NCBI GenBank assembly: GCA_017308115.1
Contig: JAFKFS010000016.1
Location: 37 to 64,036, forward strand
Length of the DNA stretch: 64,000 nt
Direction of reading: 5' to 3'
DNA from: Bordetella sp.
GTDB lineage: Bacteria > Pseudomonadota > Alphaproteobacteria > Caulobacterales > Caulobacteraceae
Positions 62,799-64,000 of this stretch are shown piece by piece. The stretch's first letter is position 1. Every line of letters begins with the position of its first letter. The position numbers and the translations under genes are program-made. The notes under the pieces are model-generated. The model was not told where the DNA came from and searched no databases. It was given only the letters and a program-made list of their open reading frames with translations.

Positions 62799-63796
62799 GC
62801 AGGCCCTTGAACAGGCCCCGGGCGCTGAACCTGGGACTGGCGGCGGCGGTCCTCTTGGCGGTAGCGGCGGCGGTGACGCTGGGCGAGACCCGCCTTGGCG
62901 CGGCCGACTACCTCCTGGCCTTGAACAGGCCCGACTCCGGCGTCGGCGAAGTCCTTTGGCTGGTGCGCGCCCCCCGCGCCTTCAGCGCCCTGTTCGTCGG
63001 GGCGGCCCTGGGGCTGGCGGGGGCGGTGATGCAGGGGCTGTTGCGCAATCCTCTGGCCGAGCCGGGCGTGCTGGGGGTCTCCGCGACCTCGGCCCTGGCC
63101 GCCGCGACGGCCATCGTGCTGGGTCTGGCCGCGATCCCCGGCGCGGTCGAGGTTTCGGCCCTGTTCGGCGCGGCGATCGGGGGCGGGCTGCTGATCGCCC
63201 TGGCGGCGCGGGTGCGGGCGCCCGAAGCCCTGATCCTGTTCGGCGTGGCCCTGTCCAGTTTCGCAGGCGCGCTGACGGCCCTGATCTTCAACCTGTCGCC
63301 GTCGCCCATCGCCTCGGCCGAGGTGATGAACTGGCTGCTGGGCTCGGTCGAGAACCGCAGCTGGATCGACGTCGCCTGGGTCGCGCCCGCGGTCCTGATC
63401 GCCGCCCTGCTGGCGCGGGGCGCGGCGCCGGGCTTGCGGATGCTGACCCTGGGCGAGGAGGCGGCGCGGGCGTCGGGCCTGTCCATGGGGCGGATGCGGG
63501 GGCTCGCCCTGGCCGCGGCGGCCGTGGCGGCGGGGGCCGCCGTGGCCGTGGCGGGCGTCATCGGCTTCGTCGGCCTGGCGGCGCCGCACCTGGTGCGGGC
63601 GGCGGTGCGCGGCGATCCGGGGCGGCTTCTGCTGCCCTCGGCCCTGGCGGGCGGGCTGATGCTGGTCGTCGCCGATCTGGGCGCGCGGATGCTGCCGACC
63701 GATCAGGAGTTGAAGCTGGGCGTCTTCACCGCCCTGGTCGGGGCGCCGCTGTTCGCCCTGATCGCCTGGCGCGCGGCGCGGGAGTGGCGGCTGTGA
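62795..63796 (+). CDS. ABC transporter permease (FecCD/BtuC family)
   Basis: VRAPRA, QGLLRNPLAEPGVLG, GVIGFVGLAAPH, ELKLGVFTALVGAP. Confidence 0.93.
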   Translation: MSRPLNRPRALNLGLAAAVLLAVAAAVTLGETRLGAADYLLALNRPDSGVGEVLWLVRAPRAFSALFVGAALGLAGAVMQGLLRNPLAEPGVLGVSATSALAAATAIVLGLAAIPGAVEVSALFGAAIGGGLLIALAARVRAPEALILFGVALSSFAGALTALIFNLSPSPIASAEVMNWLLGSVENRSWIDVAWVAPAVLIAALLARGAAPGLRMLTLGEEAARASGLSMGRMRGLALAAAAVAAGAAVAVAGVIGFVGLAAPHLVRAAVRGDPGRLLLPSALAGGLMLVVADLGARMLPTDQELKLGVFTALVGAPLFALIAWRAAREWRL

Positions 63797-64000
63797 CGGC
63801 GATGCTGCTGGAGCTTGAGGACGCGCACGCCCGCGTCGGCGGCGTTGAGGTGCTGAGCGGCGCCTCCCTGTCGGTGCGGCCGGGCGAGGTCGTCGCCCTG
63901 TGCGGGCCGAACGGCGCGGGCAAGTCGACGGCGGTGCGCGCCGCCCTGGGCCTGACCCCGCTGACCCGAGGCGCCGCGCGCCTGGGCGGCGACGAGGCGC
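63793..64000 (+). CDS. ABC transporter ATP-binding subunit (partial; runs off the right edge)
   Basis: GEVVALCGPNGAGKST Walker A; overlaps the permease stop. Confidence 0.88.
   Translation, partial: MTAMLLELEDAHARVGGVEVLSGASLSVRPGEVVALCGPNGAGKSTAVRAALGLTPLTRGAARLGGDEA

Overview
High-GC alphaproteobacterial chromosome segment; gene content and style point to Caulobacteraceae, most likely Brevundimonas (inference). Mostly housekeeping: aromatic catabolism (hmgA partial, hppD, divergent Lrp regulator), queuosine genes (queA, tgt, queC, queE), class I lysS, aroC, pdxH, udk, fatty-acid/PHB-type enzymes, SPFH/NfeD, rnhA, tatABC, glnB-glnA, nnrD, hrpB, transporters, two tRNAs (Asp-GTC, Leu-TAG) and the start of a BtuFCD/FecBCD-type ABC operon. 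The stand-out accessory region is an ~8 kb, visibly less GC-rich cassette (25085-33110) just 3' of tRNA-Asp. It has mirror architecture: secreted hypothetical <- / TonB-dependent receptor -> / <- TonB-dependent receptor / secreted hypothetical ->. It is bracketed by a ~213-bp inverted repeat formed by the 5' end of the neighbouring MBL-hydrolase gene and a stop-containing copy of it. Other notable items: a CBS-domain hybrid kinase lacking the phosphoacceptor His, a J-domain protein with RPD instead of HPD, a nucleotidyltransferase-fold gene wedged between queA and tgt, and an uncharacterised helical-protein/membrane-protein pair beside an orphan S24 repressor. No CRISPR array, integrase, transposase or rRNA was seen. 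Start codons were refined by eye where RBS or homology suggested; percent identities are manual estimates.
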